A stretch of DNA of 50,051 nucleotides. Origin: Bacillota bacterium (GTDB lineage: Bacteria; Bacillota; Clostridia; Christensenellales; Borkfalkiaceae). Positions 48,582-50,051 of the stretch are shown piece after piece. The stretch covers positions 1 through 50,051 of the forward strand of contig QAKO01000039.1 of assembly GCA_003343765.1 (NCBI GenBank), given 5' to 3'. Under the pieces are notes generated by a model that was given only the letters and a program-made list of their open reading frames with translations, made no database searches and had not been told where the DNA came from. Position 1 is the stretch's first letter, and every line of letters starts with the position of its first letter. The position numbers and the translations under genes are program-made.

Positions 48582-48941
48582 TTACGCTTCAAACGCGGAA
48601 ACAATGTGGTTGATGCCTTCTTCCGTCACTTCCATGACGTCAAATCGGATATTTACATCCCCCGCTCGCACCAGAAACGCGCGCGCCATATCGATATAGC
48701 GTTTTCTTTTGCGGAAATCCACCGCTTCCGACGGCGTGCCGAATGCATCGCTTTGCCGCGTTTTTACCTCGCAGAAAACCACCGTTTCCCCGTCGCGCGC
48801 CACAATGTCCGCTTCTCCGAACGGCGTCCTGTAATTGGTCTTCAATATCTCATAACCCTGCTCTTTGAGATACCTTACTGCCCGTCTTTCTCCGTATTTT
48901 CCGAGTGATTTTTTATGAACGTCCTGCGGTGAATTTCGCAT
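48582..48941 (-). CDS. yraN: YraN-family (UPF0102) endonuclease-like protein
   Basis: GKYGE, GEADIVA, FCEVKTR, RFDV. Confidence 0.92.
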   Translation of the reverse strand: MRNSPQDVHKKSLGKYGERRAVRYLKEQGYEILKTNYRTPFGEADIVARDGETVVFCEVKTRQSDAFGTPSEAVDFRKRKRYIDMARAFLVRAGDVNIRFDVMEVTEEGINHIVSAFEA

Positions 48942-49534
48942 AATCCGTACTCCCTGATCGCGTCGCGGTGCATTTTCGTACCGTACCCCTTGTGCTGTGC
49001 AAATCCGTATTGCGGATAAATCTTGTCAAACTCGCACATCAGCCTGTCCCGATATACCTTCGCCAGAATACTCGCCGCGCCGATCGAATAGGAAAGCGCG
49101 TCCCCTTTGATCAGCGTCTGCTGCGGAAGCGTAATGTCGATTTTGAAATTCCCGTCCACAAACACCACGTCAGGCTCCACCGCCAGACCTTCCACCGCCT
49201 GCTTCATACACAGCTTTGTCGCCTGCAAAATATTGATACGGTCGATCGTTTTATTGTCCACTTCGCAGATCTTATAGGCGATCGCCCGCTCTTTGATCAG
49301 TTCCGCCAGCCGCTCGCGCTCCCCTTCTTTCAGTTTCTTGCTGTCGTCGATCCCTTCGATCAGATTTTTCTTCTCAAGCGGCAAAATTACCGCCGCACAG
49401 ACCACCGGCCCCGCAAACGGGCCTCTGCCCACTTCGTCCACACCCGCTATGTACTGCGCGCCAAGCTCCGTCATTTCCCGCTCGTAAAAAAGTTTATCGA
49501 TCGGGCTGTTCTCTTTCTTCATACGTTTGACCAC
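48875..49534 (-). CDS. rnhB: Ribonuclease HII
   Basis: GVDEVGRG, DSKKL, AASILAKV, HKGYGT; start may be 49522. Confidence 0.97.
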   Translation of the reverse strand: MVKRMKKENSPIDKLFYEREMTELGAQYIAGVDEVGRGPFAGPVVCAAVILPLEKKNLIEGIDDSKKLKEGERERLAELIKERAIAYKICEVDNKTIDRINILQATKLCMKQAVEGLAVEPDVVFVDGNFKIDITLPQQTLIKGDALSYSIGAASILAKVYRDRLMCEFDKIYPQYGFAQHKGYGTKMHRDAIREYGLCEIHRRTFIKNHSENTEKDGQ

Positions 49535-49592
49535 TCTCCCCTTTGCGGCTCTCCCGCCGCCCGAAATTTCCGCTTTTTTTAACGCGAAAACT

Positions 49593-50051
49593 TCACAGTT
49601 TCAGCTCTTCCGCATTTTCCAGCGTGATCCTGCCCGTCCTGCCTTTGCGGAAATCGTCCAGGATCGCCTTTGCGCCGCGCTCATAATCGAATTCGCCGCC
49701 GCGCAGCATAAACCCGCGCCTGCGGCAGACTTCTTCGTACATGGCAAGCGGCGAAGAAAAATCGGTGATCCCGTAACGCTCGCTTAAAAATTGCGGGTAC
49801 GTTGCCGCAAGTTCGCGCAAAAGTTCCAACGCAATATCGTCGAGATCGAGGATGTCGTCGTTGATACTTCCGATGTACGCGAGATGCTTTGCCAACTCCT
49901 GGTTTTCAAACGCGGGCGGCATCGTACCCGGCGTGTCGAGAAGTTCGAACCCCGCACAGCGGATCCACTGTTTACCGCGCGTGACACCCGCCTTATCGCC
50001 CGTAACGGCGCGCTTTTCGCCGCTCAGCGCGTTGATGACCGTGCTTTTGCC
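49593..50051 (-). CDS. rbgA: Ribosome biogenesis GTPase RbgA/YlqF (3' part)
   Basis: GKSTVINAL, GVTRGKQW, LLDTPG, DFRKGRTGRITLE. Confidence 0.93.
   Translation of the reverse strand, partial: GKSTVINALSGEKRAVTGDKAGVTRGKQWIRCAGFELLDTPGTMPPAFENQELAKHLAYIGSINDDILDLDDIALELLRELAATYPQFLSERYGITDFSSPLAMYEEVCRRRGFMLRGGEFDYERGAKAILDDFRKGRTGRITLENAEELKL

Overview
Clostridia-like (low-GC Gram-positive) chromosome segment in three parts. (1) 1-~3700 is the AT-rich end of an island integrated at tRNA-Leu(TAA); only the tRNA 3' half remains, at 3630-3684. It carries two XRE/HTH genes, a DUF1273/SLOG gene, a 59-aa repeat peptide missed by the ORF track, and the best candidate for a new system: a consensus promoter with an operator palindrome driving a ~250-nt, highly base-paired non-coding RNA whose terminator ends 14 nt before a 328-aa HEPN-like ORF (type III toxin-antitoxin/Abi-like layout). 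(2) ~3900-19900 is an accessory carbohydrate locus: AraC and LacI regulators, two LacI-type operators, a sugar ABC transporter, two GH99/GH71-like lipoproteins, two GGCSS-anchored surface proteins, and an orphan pduB shell gene. (3) ~20000-50051 is mostly minus-strand housekeeping: icd, ddl, murF, rimI, tsaB, tsaE, ribU with an FMN riboswitch, glyA, trxA, hisS, CIRCE-preceded trmFO-hslV-hslU, topA, dprA, comM, a PMT-like membrane protein, a MATE transporter with a probable Na+ riboswitch, rplS, yraN, rnhB and partial rbgA. No CRISPR array, rRNA or intact integrase was seen. All calls come from reading the sequence; no database searches or folding programs were run.
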